Shown piece by piece: positions 9,533 through 19,245 of a DNA stretch of 47,899 nt. Position 1 is the stretch's first letter; the number at the start of each line of letters is the position of its first letter. This DNA is from Fimbriimonadales bacterium. GTDB taxonomy: Bacteria > Armatimonadota > Fimbriimonadia > Fimbriimonadales > ATM1. The stretch covers positions 1-47,899 of the forward strand of contig JBGTLG010000035.1 of assembly GCA_041744215.1 (NCBI GenBank), in the 5' to 3' direction. The translations under genes and the position numbers were made by a program. Under the pieces are notes generated by a model. It did no database searches, was not told where the DNA came from, and saw nothing but the letters and a program-made list of their open reading frames with translations.

Positions 9533-9754
9533 TCTGATTTCCTTCGTTAGGAGTGTCCCTATCTTCATGGGGTTAAACCGGCAAATCGCCTCGTGGGTTA
9601 CCGAATGTTCCCTATCGGGGACGAAAGACCCGCAGGACACTAAGGGAGTCCAAACTTCTGACTCACCAAGGGAAAGTTCTCCGAAAGCGCCGGATGGTGC
9701 GGTTTCGGCTATCCTTTCTATCTAAGACACGATGCCAACCAAGGAGGCAATGTT

Positions 9755-10447
9755 ATGAGAAAGATCTTCGTTATAGTCGCATTCGCCGCATTTAGTGTGG
9801 CGATTGGCCAGGAAAAGCCGCAGATTCCGCTGATTACTGTGTCGGGCGAAGGGCTGATTCGGGTGGATCCCGATGAGGCGACGGTTCGTCTCGGCGTCAC
9901 GAAGCAGGCAGCGTCCGCTGCAGAGGCGCAATCCCAAGCAAACCAAGTCATGCAAGCGTTGCTGGCGAGGATCGACGGCCTGGGTATCGACAAGGCTAAC
10001 GTCCAAACGTCGCGGTTGATGCTCAATCCGATTTACAGCAATCAACCGACACCTCAGACGGTCGTCGGTTACCGCGCCTCAAACACACTCTCAATTCGAT
10101 TGTCGGACTTTTCACTAATCGGAAAGGTGATTGATGCTTCGATCGCAGTGGGTGGAAACACGCTTGAAGGCGTCTCGTTCGGACTTCGCAACGACCTCGC
10201 TGCGAGGCTCGACGCGTTGAGAGAGGCAGCGCGGGAAGCAAAAGCCAAGGCTGAAGCGTTGGCCGATGCACTGGGTGTTCGCTTGGGAATGCTGTTTGAA
10301 GTCGTGGAAGGCGGCGCAAGTTGGGCACCGATGCAGATGGAAATGGCCCGTGGAGGAGTACAAGGCGGCGCGCCGACTCCTGTTGAGCCTGGTCAAGTAT
10401 CGGTTAGCGCAGCGATTACCGTTCGATATATGATTCTCCTCAACTGA
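9755..10447 (+). CDS. SIMPL/DUF541 periplasmic protein
   Basis: AAGGAGG RBS, signal peptide, ITVSGEG..VDPD, GYRASN, AKAKAEALA and PVEPGQVSVSA motifs. Confidence 0.92.
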   Translation: MRKIFVIVAFAAFSVAIGQEKPQIPLITVSGEGLIRVDPDEATVRLGVTKQAASAAEAQSQANQVMQALLARIDGLGIDKANVQTSRLMLNPIYSNQPTPQTVVGYRASNTLSIRLSDFSLIGKVIDASIAVGGNTLEGVSFGLRNDLAARLDALREAAREAKAKAEALADALGVRLGMLFEVVEGGASWAPMQMEMARGGVQGGAPTPVEPGQVSVSAAITVRYMILLN

Positions 10448-10576
10448 GAAATGTTTTGAGAAATCGTCGCTTGCATTTTTGAATCAGCGCAGGACGCAAC
10501 AACAACGAACCTCAAGTAGATTGCGAACTTATCGCCCTAATCGGATTTCATAGCTCGCCAGACAATCGCTTCGAGC

Positions 10577-11305
10577 ATGAATCGCGGAATACAAGCAGCC
10601 GCATCCGGCATGAGGGCGTTTCAAACGCAACTCGATGTCGTTGCGAACAACCTTGCGAACATCAACACCACAGGCTACAAATCTGACGGGGTTGCTTTTG
10701 CAGATCGGTTGAATCGCAGTCTCGTGATTGGCCCTGGGCCATTCGCGCGTCCTGTAGGCGAGCTTGGCGGCGGCGCCGAAGTTGCCGCACGATTCACCAC
10801 AAGATACGCGGGCCCAACGGTTAACACCGGCGGCGCGCTCGACGCGATGCTGGAAGAGGCGTCGCACTTCTTCGCAGTCAGGACTCCGCAAGGGGTCCGC
10901 TATACGAGGGACGGCGCGTTCACGTTGAGCGCAGACAGCGAGTTGGTCACGAAATCAGGGCATGCGGTGCTCGATCAGACCGGCAATCCGATTCAGATCC
11001 CAATTGGCACGACACCGTCGATCACCCCCGACGGGCGCGTGGTCGCGGACGGGATCGAGGTCGCGTTGCTCGGCGTGTTTCAAGGCCGATTCGACAAGGC
11101 GGGCGAAAACCTTTGGACCGGGAACGGCGACCAAGCCGACAATCCAAGGCTCCTGGTGGGAACGCTCGAGGGTTCAAACGTGAATGCCGTTCAATCGATG
11201 GTTGAGATGATTCTGCTGATGCGCCAGTTTGAGGGCGCGCAGCGCGCAGTACGAACACAAGACGAACTATACGAAAAACTGATCGGCAGCCTTGCGAATA
11301 GATAA
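10577..11305 (+). CDS. flgF: flagellar basal-body rod protein FlgF
   Basis: VANNLANINTTGYK, YTRDGAF and LEGSNVN motifs; directly upstream of flgG. Confidence 0.88.
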   Translation: MNRGIQAAASGMRAFQTQLDVVANNLANINTTGYKSDGVAFADRLNRSLVIGPGPFARPVGELGGGAEVAARFTTRYAGPTVNTGGALDAMLEEASHFFAVRTPQGVRYTRDGAFTLSADSELVTKSGHAVLDQTGNPIQIPIGTTPSITPDGRVVADGIEVALLGVFQGRFDKAGENLWTGNGDQADNPRLLVGTLEGSNVNAVQSMVEMILLMRQFEGAQRAVRTQDELYEKLIGSLANR

Positions 11306-11404
11306 ACCTGGACGTTCCGATTCCTCGGGACGAAGGCACACGCTTCCAACTGATAGCGGAAGCGAATCGCAAGGCGATCGAGACATCCGCACGGAGTAAG
11401 AACT

Positions 11405-12193
11405 ATGATTCGATCGCTAAACACAGCGGCCACCGGAATGGTGGTGCAGCAACGAAACTTGGACGTGATTGCCAACAATCTGGCGAACATCAATACAACG
11501 GCTTTCAAATCGAGCCGCGCCGAATTTCAGGACCTCATGTATCAAACCTACCGACTGGCGGGCGCAGATCAGGGCGGCGGCAGCGCAATCCCAACATCGC
11601 AGCAAGTTGGAATGGGCGCGAAGTTCGTTGCCAACGCATCAAACTTCTCTGTCGGCGGCTTGCAAGCCACCGGTGATCCGCTCAACGCGGCCATCAATGG
11701 CAACGGATTCTTTCCAGTGACCATGGGAGACGGCTTCGTCGCATACACACGCGACGGAACATTCAAGGTGGATTCTGAAGGGACACTCGTCACGAGCGAT
11801 GGATTCGTCGTCGGCGGCGGCATTACGATGCCCGAAGGCACGATGAGTGTGTCGATTGCAGCATCAGGAACGGTCTCGGTGCTCACCGCAGATTCTGCGG
11901 AACCGCAAGTCGTCGGACAGATAACGGTTGCGACGTTCCCGAACCCCGCCGGCCTCGAGCGAATGGGGAAAAACCTGTATCGCCCGACGAGCGCGAGCGG
12001 AGAAGCTACTGAAGTAGAGCCGGGAACGAACGGTGCGGGCACACTCGAGCAAGGGTTCCTAGAAGGATCGAACGTGCAAATGGTCGATGAGATGGTTCGC
12101 ATGATCCTCGCGCAGAGAGCCTACGAAGTCAACTCGAAAGCGATCATGACCGCTGACGAGATGCTCAACACGACGAACCAGCTCAAGAGGTAA
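11405..12193 (+). CDS. flgG: flagellar distal rod protein FlgG
   Basis: MIRSLNTAATGM, ANNLAN, RAEFQDLMYQ, LEGSNV and AQRAYEVNSKAI motifs; 262 aa. Confidence 0.96.
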   Translation: MIRSLNTAATGMVVQQRNLDVIANNLANINTTAFKSSRAEFQDLMYQTYRLAGADQGGGSAIPTSQQVGMGAKFVANASNFSVGGLQATGDPLNAAINGNGFFPVTMGDGFVAYTRDGTFKVDSEGTLVTSDGFVVGGGITMPEGTMSVSIAASGTVSVLTADSAEPQVVGQITVATFPNPAGLERMGKNLYRPTSASGEATEVEPGTNGAGTLEQGFLEGSNVQMVDEMVRMILAQRAYEVNSKAIMTADEMLNTTNQLKR

Positions 12194-12197
12194 TAAG

Positions 12198-12974
12198 ATG
12201 AGACTGCTCTTATCAATCGTACTTGCGCTCGTCGTGTCTGGGGCATTCTCGCAAAGCGCAGCAATTCCCAAGGGATACACAGCGGCCGTCGTAATCAACC
12301 CGCTTACAGAAGTCGAGACGAAGGCGATCTCATTGGCGCAAATCGCAGAGATCGCTGGACCGGAGTCACTCCGTTTGCGATTGGCTGCAGTTTCAATCGG
12401 AGTAACGCCTCGCGTCGGCAGCGATCGAGTGATTACTCCGATCACAATCCAGAGTGCGCTGCGCTCGGCTGGCATCGACGTTGCTACGGTGCACGTGTCC
12501 GGTCCGCAAGCGGCAAGGGTTCGCCGCGCCACCCGCGTGCTGCCCCCAGCAGAGTTATCTAACTTCGCGACGGCGTGGATCGAAGCAAACCTTCCCGACG
12601 CCGGGCCGATCCGCCAGACGGGAACTGCTCGCGATCTAACCATTGCATCTGGCGAAACGACGTTCTTCGTAACGCACTCGAGCGAGTCGCCCAAAAACGT
12701 GATCGTCACCATACAGATTCTCGTCGATGGGGACGCTCAATCTTCGCAACAGCTCGTCTTCGCGAAGGGCGAGGCCGAAGGCCCGGCAGCCCTCCCAGCG
12801 CTAAAGCCCAATCAGGTCGTTCGCGTAGTTCTCGTTAGCGGTGAGATCGCGGTCGAAGTATTCGGCCAAGTGAAAGGCATTAGTGGCACTCGAGCGACCG
12901 TTTTCATTCCAGATACAAAAGCAACGCTGACCGGCGAAGTCCGAGCTGACGGCAGCGTGGAGGTTCGACTATGA
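12198..12974 (+). CDS. flgA: FlgA-like P-ring assembly chaperone (divergent)
   Basis: Position between flgG and flgH, signal peptide, N-terminal ISLAQIAEI segment and C-terminal LTGEVRADGSVEV. Confidence 0.6.
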   Translation: MRLLLSIVLALVVSGAFSQSAAIPKGYTAAVVINPLTEVETKAISLAQIAEIAGPESLRLRLAAVSIGVTPRVGSDRVITPITIQSALRSAGIDVATVHVSGPQAARVRRATRVLPPAELSNFATAWIEANLPDAGPIRQTGTARDLTIASGETTFFVTHSSESPKNVIVTIQILVDGDAQSSQQLVFAKGEAEGPAALPALKPNQVVRVVLVSGEIAVEVFGQVKGISGTRATVFIPDTKATLTGEVRADGSVEVRL

Positions 12975-13555
12975 AACGCATCACTCTTTTCCTTGCCCTC
13001 GCGTTCGCATCGTCCGGGTTGGCACAGTCCGACAATCCAGGTTCGCTATGGAGCGATAGCGCCCGCAGTCCGTTTGCCGATCGCAAGGCTGCGCGGCCGG
13101 GCGACATCCTCACTGTGCTGATACAAGAAACGAGCAGCGCGACGGCGACCGCCGCGACAAGCTCTTCGAAATCAGATGCTGCAAAAATCAATGCGGGTAT
13201 CGGGCCGATCCTGAGTGCCCTCATTCCTGACCTTCAGACAGGCACAAGCTCATCGAGCCAGGGTCAAGGCAGCACCACGCGCAGCGGGCGTCTGCAAGCA
13301 CGATTGACCGTCACCGTAAAGGAAGTTCTGCCCAATGGCAACCTGCTGATCGAAGGCACGCGCTTCGTTCAGATGAACCAAGAAACGCAGAAGCTGGTGC
13401 TCACTGGAATTGTACGCGCAGATGACATCCGCGCCGACAACACAATTCTCAGCGAAAACGTCGCGGAGGCATCAATAGTTTATGACGGCAAAGGCACGGT
13501 CGGCGACCGCCAGCGACGGGGCATCATCGCCACGATTCTAAGCTGGCTGTTCTAA
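12971..13555 (+). CDS. flgH: flagellar L-ring protein FlgH
   Basis: GSLW, FADRKA..GDILTV, VLPNGNLLIEG, LTGIVRADDI motifs and C-terminal WLF. Confidence 0.95.
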   Translation: MKRITLFLALAFASSGLAQSDNPGSLWSDSARSPFADRKAARPGDILTVLIQETSSATATAATSSSKSDAAKINAGIGPILSALIPDLQTGTSSSSQGQGSTTRSGRLQARLTVTVKEVLPNGNLLIEGTRFVQMNQETQKLVLTGIVRADDIRADNTILSENVAEASIVYDGKGTVGDRQRRGIIATILSWLF

Positions 13556-13568
13556 GGAGATCGATATC

Positions 13569-14708
13569 ATGTTGAAACACAGAATCTGTATCGTTGGAAT
13601 CGTCGCAATTGTGGTCGCGACTGGCAGTTACCCACAGGCCGAAGCTGTTCAGCAATCGAACACCGCAACAGCGAGAATCAAGGACATCACGCGATTGCGA
13701 GGCGTTCGCGCAAACCAAATCACAAACATGGGCATCGTCGTTGGCCTGCAGGGGACAGGCGATTCGCGCAACTCGCCGTGGGCTCAGCAAGCGATTCAAA
13801 ATCTTGTGAAAGAGTACGGCATTTCACTCGATGCGCGATCCGCGAATCTCAAGAACATTGCGCTCGTGATGGTCACGGCGGAGCTCCCTGCGTTCACTCG
13901 GCCCGGAAGCCGCATTGACGTAACAGTCAGCTCGGTCGGCGACGCGAAGAGTCTGCAGGGCGGGTACCTTTTACAAACGCCTCTATACGCACCCGGCAAT
14001 CGAAACACAGCTTACGCGGTCGCGATGGGCGCGGTCAGCATCGGCGGGTTTGGAGCGGCGCAAGGTGGCAGCAGCCGGCAGAAGAATCACCTGACAGTCG
14101 GGCTTATAACCAACGGCGCGCTTGTTGAGCGCTCCGTACCAACACAGATCGAATTCAACGGAACGATGTTCCTTGAGCTGATGCAGCATGATTTCACGAC
14201 CGCAACTCGCATAGCCGACGCGATCAACACGAACTTCTCAGATCTCAGAGCGATCGCATACGACGGCGGCGGCGTGGAGGTCCAGGCAGTGGATCCGATG
14301 CGATTCGACGCAGTGGAAGTGATGAGCCGCGTCGAGATGCTCGAAGTTGTTCCGGATATCGCTGCGACAATCGTCGTGAATGAGCGCACCGGCACAATCG
14401 TCGTTGGCGGCGACGTGAAGATTGGCCCCGCGATGGTTGCGCACGGCGGGCTGGTGGTGAGAATCAATCAGTACAACGAAGTCATTCAGCCACCTCCGTT
14501 CAGCCGAGGCACGACGGAGACGCAGACAAACACCGAAGTCGGAGTTCAGGAAAGCCGAGTGAACATCGGAATCATAAAACCGAACGCCACTATCGACGAC
14601 CTCGCGAAGATCTTTCGAGCCTTGCGCGTAACGCCCACCGATATGATCGCCATTATTCAGGCGCTCAAAGCGCAAGGCGCAATCAAAGCGCAGGTGAAAA
14701 CTCAATGA
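13569..14708 (+). CDS. flgI: flagellar P-ring protein FlgI
   Basis: RIKDI, GIVVGLQGTGD, DVTVSSVGDAKSLQGG and NERTGTIVVG motifs. Confidence 0.97.
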   Translation: MLKHRICIVGIVAIVVATGSYPQAEAVQQSNTATARIKDITRLRGVRANQITNMGIVVGLQGTGDSRNSPWAQQAIQNLVKEYGISLDARSANLKNIALVMVTAELPAFTRPGSRIDVTVSSVGDAKSLQGGYLLQTPLYAPGNRNTAYAVAMGAVSIGGFGAAQGGSSRQKNHLTVGLITNGALVERSVPTQIEFNGTMFLELMQHDFTTATRIADAINTNFSDLRAIAYDGGGVEVQAVDPMRFDAVEVMSRVEMLEVVPDIAATIVVNERTGTIVVGGDVKIGPAMVAHGGLVVRINQYNEVIQPPPFSRGTTETQTNTEVGVQESRVNIGIIKPNATIDDLAKIFRALRVTPTDMIAIIQALKAQGAIKAQVKTQ

Positions 14709-15127
14709 TGCAGGGAATTCCGAACCTGAGTATCGACCGCGCTGCGCTCGCAAAGGAACATCAGGCAAAGCTTGACTCGGTCAAAGAGAACCCTGAGACC
14801 AAGCGTGAGCTGACACGGCTCAAAAAAGCAAGTCAAGAGATCGAAGCGATCTTCCTAAAGCAATTGATCGGCGAAATGCGCAAGGGTCAAACCGAGGGCA
14901 TCTTCGGCAAGAGCATCGAATCTCAGATGTACACAGACTTCCTCGACGAGGCAGTCGCAGGGCAGATGGCAAAAGGGCGCGGAATCGGAATCGCTGACGC
15001 CCTTTACAAGAGCATGGAGAGCGTCACGCTGCGGGCGGCCGCAGCGAAACAGGCCATGGAGGCCGAGAACCAAGACGAAAGCATCCGGGCAAAGGGCGAA
15101 CACCGCCCGGACGGAGGAAACCCATGA
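14705..15127 (+). CDS. flgJ: FlgJ rod-binding domain protein (no muramidase domain)
   Basis: LKKASQEIEAIFLKQLIGEMRK...MY...GIGIADALY; follows flgI. Confidence 0.85.
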   Translation: MMQGIPNLSIDRAALAKEHQAKLDSVKENPETKRELTRLKKASQEIEAIFLKQLIGEMRKGQTEGIFGKSIESQMYTDFLDEAVAGQMAKGRGIGIADALYKSMESVTLRAAAAKQAMEAENQDESIRAKGEHRPDGGNP

Positions 15128-15594
15128 TCACAAAGGAACTGCAAGCGATTTGGTGGGAGTGGCTCGGACATTCCGAGCGCCTCCTGAGATCGCTCCACGA
15201 ACAGACCGCCGCAGTGATGCTGCGCGATGTCGAGAGAGTCGAAAGGCTGCATCCGGAGATAGCCCGCCAGATCGGAGGGCTGCAAGAAATCGACGAACGA
15301 GCCGTGGCGTGCGCCAGAGGGCTGGCCGAAGAGTTGGGCTGCAAACCTACTTTTCGAAGCTTGGCGGACGCTCTGCAGAAGGACGAAGCACGGGAAGTTC
15401 ACGCGATCGCAAACCGGGTCAAGGCCGCCGCACAGACGGTCCAGGCCGTTATCGACAAGAACCAGGCTCTGATAGAGAATGAACTGGCCTATGTGGCCGG
15501 GTCACTTCATCTCTTGGCTAAGGCAACCGAAAATAAGGAAGGAGCGTTTGGCACGCGCACGCACGCAGCCGTGCTGCTCGACCAAACGGCGTAG
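15124..15594 (+). CDS. flgN: flagellar export chaperone FlgN
   Basis: Helical 156-aa protein directly before flgK, with NQALIENEL and a C-terminal LLDQTA. Confidence 0.75.
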   Translation: MITKELQAIWWEWLGHSERLLRSLHEQTAAVMLRDVERVERLHPEIARQIGGLQEIDERAVACARGLAEELGCKPTFRSLADALQKDEAREVHAIANRVKAAAQTVQAVIDKNQALIENELAYVAGSLHLLAKATENKEGAFGTRTHAAVLLDQTA

Positions 15595-15597
15595 CCT

Positions 15598-16968
15598 ATG
15601 TCCGGATCGTTCTTCGGAATCAATATAGCCTCTAGGGCACTCCGCTCATTCGAGACGGCGCTCAACGTCACTGGCCACAATCTGGCTAACGTAAACACCC
15701 GCGGGTACTCCCGCCAAATCATTGAGTTCGATCAAACGGCGCCGATGACGTACTTTGGCCTACGGCCTTACGCGGTGGGCACCGGCGCATTCGTTTCGAG
15801 TGTGAATCGGGCACGTGACATGTTTATAGAGGGGCGAATCGTTCAAACACAGTCCGAACAATCCCGCCTCGGTCAAATGATGACGTCGCTGCGCGGTATC
15901 GAAATGGTCTTCGGCGAACCGGGAGCAGACGGAATCTCGGGACACCTGAGCGCAATGTTCGACTCGTGGGCGAGACTCGCTGCGAATCCAGCTGACGAAG
16001 CAGCGCGACTCGACGTACGATCAAGGGCGATGCTGCTTACAGGGCGGATTCGAGAGATTGACTCCCAACTCGGCAACGAGCAGATTCGCCTTGACGGGGA
16101 AATCAAAGCGACGATTGACAAAGTAAATCAAATCGCCGGAACCATTAAAGAACTAAACGACTCGATTCGCGCGCAACGCGCCGCAGGAGCCAATCCGAAC
16201 GACTTGCTCGACCAGCGTGACCGCGCTATTCAAGACCTCGCCTCGCTTGCTAACATCCGAACACAAGAGTTGCCAGACGGTACGCTAACTGTCTTCGTAC
16301 ATCAGCACACCCTCGTGGACCAGATCAGCTCAAAGCCATTGACAACCAACTACGATGCTGCTGCATCGACAGTGAGCAATGGCACGAAGGACATCGTGAT
16401 TCAAAGCGGAACGCTTGCGGGCCTGATGGCTGGTGTTACATCGGCGAACAGTTACCGCACACAACTGGATACATTTGTCAACGAACTGCGAACTGCGATT
16501 AACACTCTGCACGCTACGGGTACGAATCTGAACGGCACGACAGGGATCGACTTTTTCGCAGGCACAAACGGCGCAAGGGACCTTGAGCTCGACCCGCAGG
16601 TGTTGGCAGACCTGCGAAACATTTCGGCTGGCGCGTCCGGCGCGCCGGGTGACGGGGGGCTTGCCAATGCGATTGCGGAACTCAGGGACGCAGACCTCGC
16701 TAGCTTAGGAAATCGAAGCTTGACGAGGTTTTTCAACGACATGATTGCAGTGCTCGGACAAGAAAGCGCGTCCTTCGCAATCGCATTCGACACGCAACTC
16801 GCGACGATGTCGCAACTCGAAGCCCAACGCCAGTCCATCTCTGGCGTCAATGTCGATGAGGAACTGGCGAACATGATGCGATACCAACGATCGTTCCAAG
16901 CGGCCGCCAAGATACTGTCAGTACTGGATCAAACGACGGAGGAGCTTATTAAGACCTTCGGACGCTAA
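15598..16968 (+). CDS. flgK: hook-associated protein FlgK
   Basis: TGHNLANVNTRGYSRQ, NDLLDQRD and SGVNVDEELANMMRYQRSFQAAAK motifs. Confidence 0.97.
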   Translation: MSGSFFGINIASRALRSFETALNVTGHNLANVNTRGYSRQIIEFDQTAPMTYFGLRPYAVGTGAFVSSVNRARDMFIEGRIVQTQSEQSRLGQMMTSLRGIEMVFGEPGADGISGHLSAMFDSWARLAANPADEAARLDVRSRAMLLTGRIREIDSQLGNEQIRLDGEIKATIDKVNQIAGTIKELNDSIRAQRAAGANPNDLLDQRDRAIQDLASLANIRTQELPDGTLTVFVHQHTLVDQISSKPLTTNYDAAASTVSNGTKDIVIQSGTLAGLMAGVTSANSYRTQLDTFVNELRTAINTLHATGTNLNGTTGIDFFAGTNGARDLELDPQVLADLRNISAGASGAPGDGGLANAIAELRDADLASLGNRSLTRFFNDMIAVLGQESASFAIAFDTQLATMSQLEAQRQSISGVNVDEELANMMRYQRSFQAAAKILSVLDQTTEELIKTFGR

Positions 16969-16981
16969 CGGGGACTTGACA

Positions 16982-17875
16982 ATGAGAATTAGTACACCGC
17001 ATCAATACTCGCAACTTACGGACCGCGTAATGAACCTGCAATCGCGTATAGCGCAGTTGCAGACTAACCTCGCCACTGGCAAGCGACTCCACAAACCGAG
17101 CGACGATCCGATTGCGACAGCCAGCGTTCTGTCACTGGGGTCGGCCAAAGGACTGGCGGAACAGCATCGCAGCGTTGCAGAGTTTGCGCGAGGAAACTAC
17201 GCGCTTGCGGAGAACTCCCTCGGCGAGATGGGCGAACTGTTGAAGGAAGCGAAGAAGTTCGCTCTCCAAGGGGCAACTGGAACTACTGACCAACAAGCGC
17301 GTGAGGTGATCGCCACACAGATTCGATCGTTGCAGGAACGTCTGGTTTCGCTCGGCAACGCGAAGGACTCTGGAGGTAAGTATCTCTTCTCTGGATTTGA
17401 AGTCAACACCGCCCCATTTGTCAAGGACAGCGGGCCGCCCCCGACACTCATTTATCAAGGCGACACTAACGTGAATGCGCTGCAGGTTGGGCCCGGTCTC
17501 TCCGTTGCCGGAAACGTAATCGTCGAGCAGCAGGTGCGCCAAGCATACGATGCATTGCAGGACGTACACGACCGACTTGTCGGTGGCGATCTGAGCGGCC
17601 TATCCGGAATCTCGATACAGCTTGTGGATAATGCAAACGACGCAATCAACTTGACTCGCGGAGGAGTCGGCGCTTCCATGCAAGCGTTAGAGTCTGCCGC
17701 TTCTGCCGCCCTAAGGCGCATCGACGAATTCACACGATTGATCTCGGAGCGCGGAGACGCGGACATCACCGAAACAATCGTCGACCTTCAATCCACCCAA
17801 ACGGCATACGAGATGTCGCTCGCGGCGTTCGCGGGCATTTCGCGAGTAAGCCTTTTGGACTACCTGCGAGGATAA
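16982..17875 (+). CDS. flgL: hook-associated protein FlgL
   Basis: MRIST, ATGKRLHKPSDDP, GKYLFSG and C-terminal SLLDYL; ATG 16982 after GGGGA. Confidence 0.95.
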   Translation: MRISTPHQYSQLTDRVMNLQSRIAQLQTNLATGKRLHKPSDDPIATASVLSLGSAKGLAEQHRSVAEFARGNYALAENSLGEMGELLKEAKKFALQGATGTTDQQAREVIATQIRSLQERLVSLGNAKDSGGKYLFSGFEVNTAPFVKDSGPPPTLIYQGDTNVNALQVGPGLSVAGNVIVEQQVRQAYDALQDVHDRLVGGDLSGLSGISIQLVDNANDAINLTRGGVGASMQALESAASAALRRIDEFTRLISERGDADITETIVDLQSTQTAYEMSLAAFAGISRVSLLDYLRG

Positions 17876-17878
17876 CGA

Positions 17879-18337
17879 ATGACTCTGACCACATCCCGAT
17901 TCGGAACAATCGAATACACGGACGAAGATATCTTGACGCTCAAGGACGGGCCCCTCGGCTTTCCTGGCCAAGAAAAATATGTCGTCGTCAGCCACAAAGA
18001 CGGCAGCGTCTTTCGTTGGCTCCAATCTGTAGACGATCCGGGTCTGGCGTTCCTCGTTCTAGATCCAGGCGTGTTCCGGCCCGACTACTCGCCGGAGATG
18101 CCGACAGATGTGGCCACCGAGTTGGAACTGACGGAGCAAACGCCCCGAATTGTGTATGCGATCGTCTCGATTCCCCCAGGGAATCCCGAAGGGATGACCG
18201 CAAACTTAGCCGGGCCAATCGTAGTCAATGCGGAGACACGGTTCGCCAGGCAAGTGGTCGTGCACGACCCGGAATGGCACACAAAACACCCCTTGACGGA
18301 AGCCCTACCGTCGGCCTCCGAAAAGGCTGCAGCATAG
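17879..18337 (+). CDS. fliW: flagellar assembly factor FliW
   Basis: TSRFG, GPLGF, WLQS and TANLAGPIVVN motifs. Confidence 0.95.
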   Translation: MTLTTSRFGTIEYTDEDILTLKDGPLGFPGQEKYVVVSHKDGSVFRWLQSVDDPGLAFLVLDPGVFRPDYSPEMPTDVATELELTEQTPRIVYAIVSIPPGNPEGMTANLAGPIVVNAETRFARQVVVHDPEWHTKHPLTEALPSASEKAAA

Positions 18338-18419
18338 GAAATCTGACGTCCCCGTAAAAAAACGGGTGAAATAGTGGGTGCGGACGAAATTCGTCCGCGA
18401 GCCAAGGAGGGCCGAACCC

Positions 18420-18626
18420 ATGCTCGTACTGACTCGAAAAGTGCATCAAAGCATCATGATCGGCGACGAAATCGAAGTCGTCGTCCTCGAAGTTCGCGGC
18501 GAGCAGGTTCGCTTGGGGATCCGGGCACCCAAGGACGTGACCGTCCACCGCCAAGAGATTTACAGCCAGATCAAGACCGAGAACATAGAGGCTTCCAAGA
18601 CCCAGCCCGAGGACGTCCCCGAATGA
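18420..18626 (+). CDS. csrA: carbon storage regulator CsrA
   Basis: [50 protein letters not shown]. Confidence 0.97.
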   Translation: MLVLTRKVHQSIMIGDEIEVVVLEVRGEQVRLGIRAPKDVTVHRQEIYSQIKTENIEASKTQPEDVPE

Positions 18627-18665
18627 CCTCGCCATCGGATGCCGGATTTCGGCCTTAATGGAAGC

Positions 18666-19142
18666 ATGAATCCCTATCTCGTTCCCGCGCTGAAGATGAC
18701 GCCCGAACTCACCCGCCGGCTCCTTGCGGAGTTCGCGCCCGGGCAGATCGACTTGCGACCGGATCCAGACCGGTTCACAGTGCGCGAAGCGATAGCCCAC
18801 CTCGCCGACTGGGAACCGATACTGCGCGACCGAATCCGAACCGCCGTCGAGAGTCCGGGCTCGACGATCATGGGCATGGACGAATCAGAGAGGGCCAAAA
18901 CCGAGCGATACGCGGAGAGCGACCCGAACGAGCGGCTGGAGGCTTGGAGCGAAGAGCGATTGAGAACAGTCGAATACGTATCGAGTCTGAGTGCGGCCGA
19001 TTTCTCCAAGCTTGCGGTCCACAGCGAAAGGGGCGAAGTCTCCGCATCTAACCTCGCAAACATGATCCCCTGTCACGACATCTACCATCTCGACCACCTT
19101 GTGTGGCTTCTCGACACCTCGAAGACGATAGACACCTGGTGA
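18666..19142 (+). CDS. DinB/YfiT family protein
   Basis: FTVREAIAHLADWE and HDIYH His triad; start set at MNPYL. Confidence 0.9.
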   Translation: MNPYLVPALKMTPELTRRLLAEFAPGQIDLRPDPDRFTVREAIAHLADWEPILRDRIRTAVESPGSTIMGMDESERAKTERYAESDPNERLEAWSEERLRTVEYVSSLSAADFSKLAVHSERGEVSASNLANMIPCHDIYHLDHLVWLLDTSKTIDTW

Positions 19143-19245
19143 GCACTGGGCATCTCCTCTAGCTGAAGCAACGGCGAGTTCCGCCTGTTACCCGCCCTCC
19201 GGTGCCCGAAATGACCGCCAGGCGGGGTAAAACACCGACGGCAAA

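Noticed and set aside
11341-11364. Hairpin CGCTTCC-N10-GGAAGCG between flgF and flgG as a terminator
   Set aside because: No U-tract and it lies inside an apparent operon; at most an mRNA stability element.
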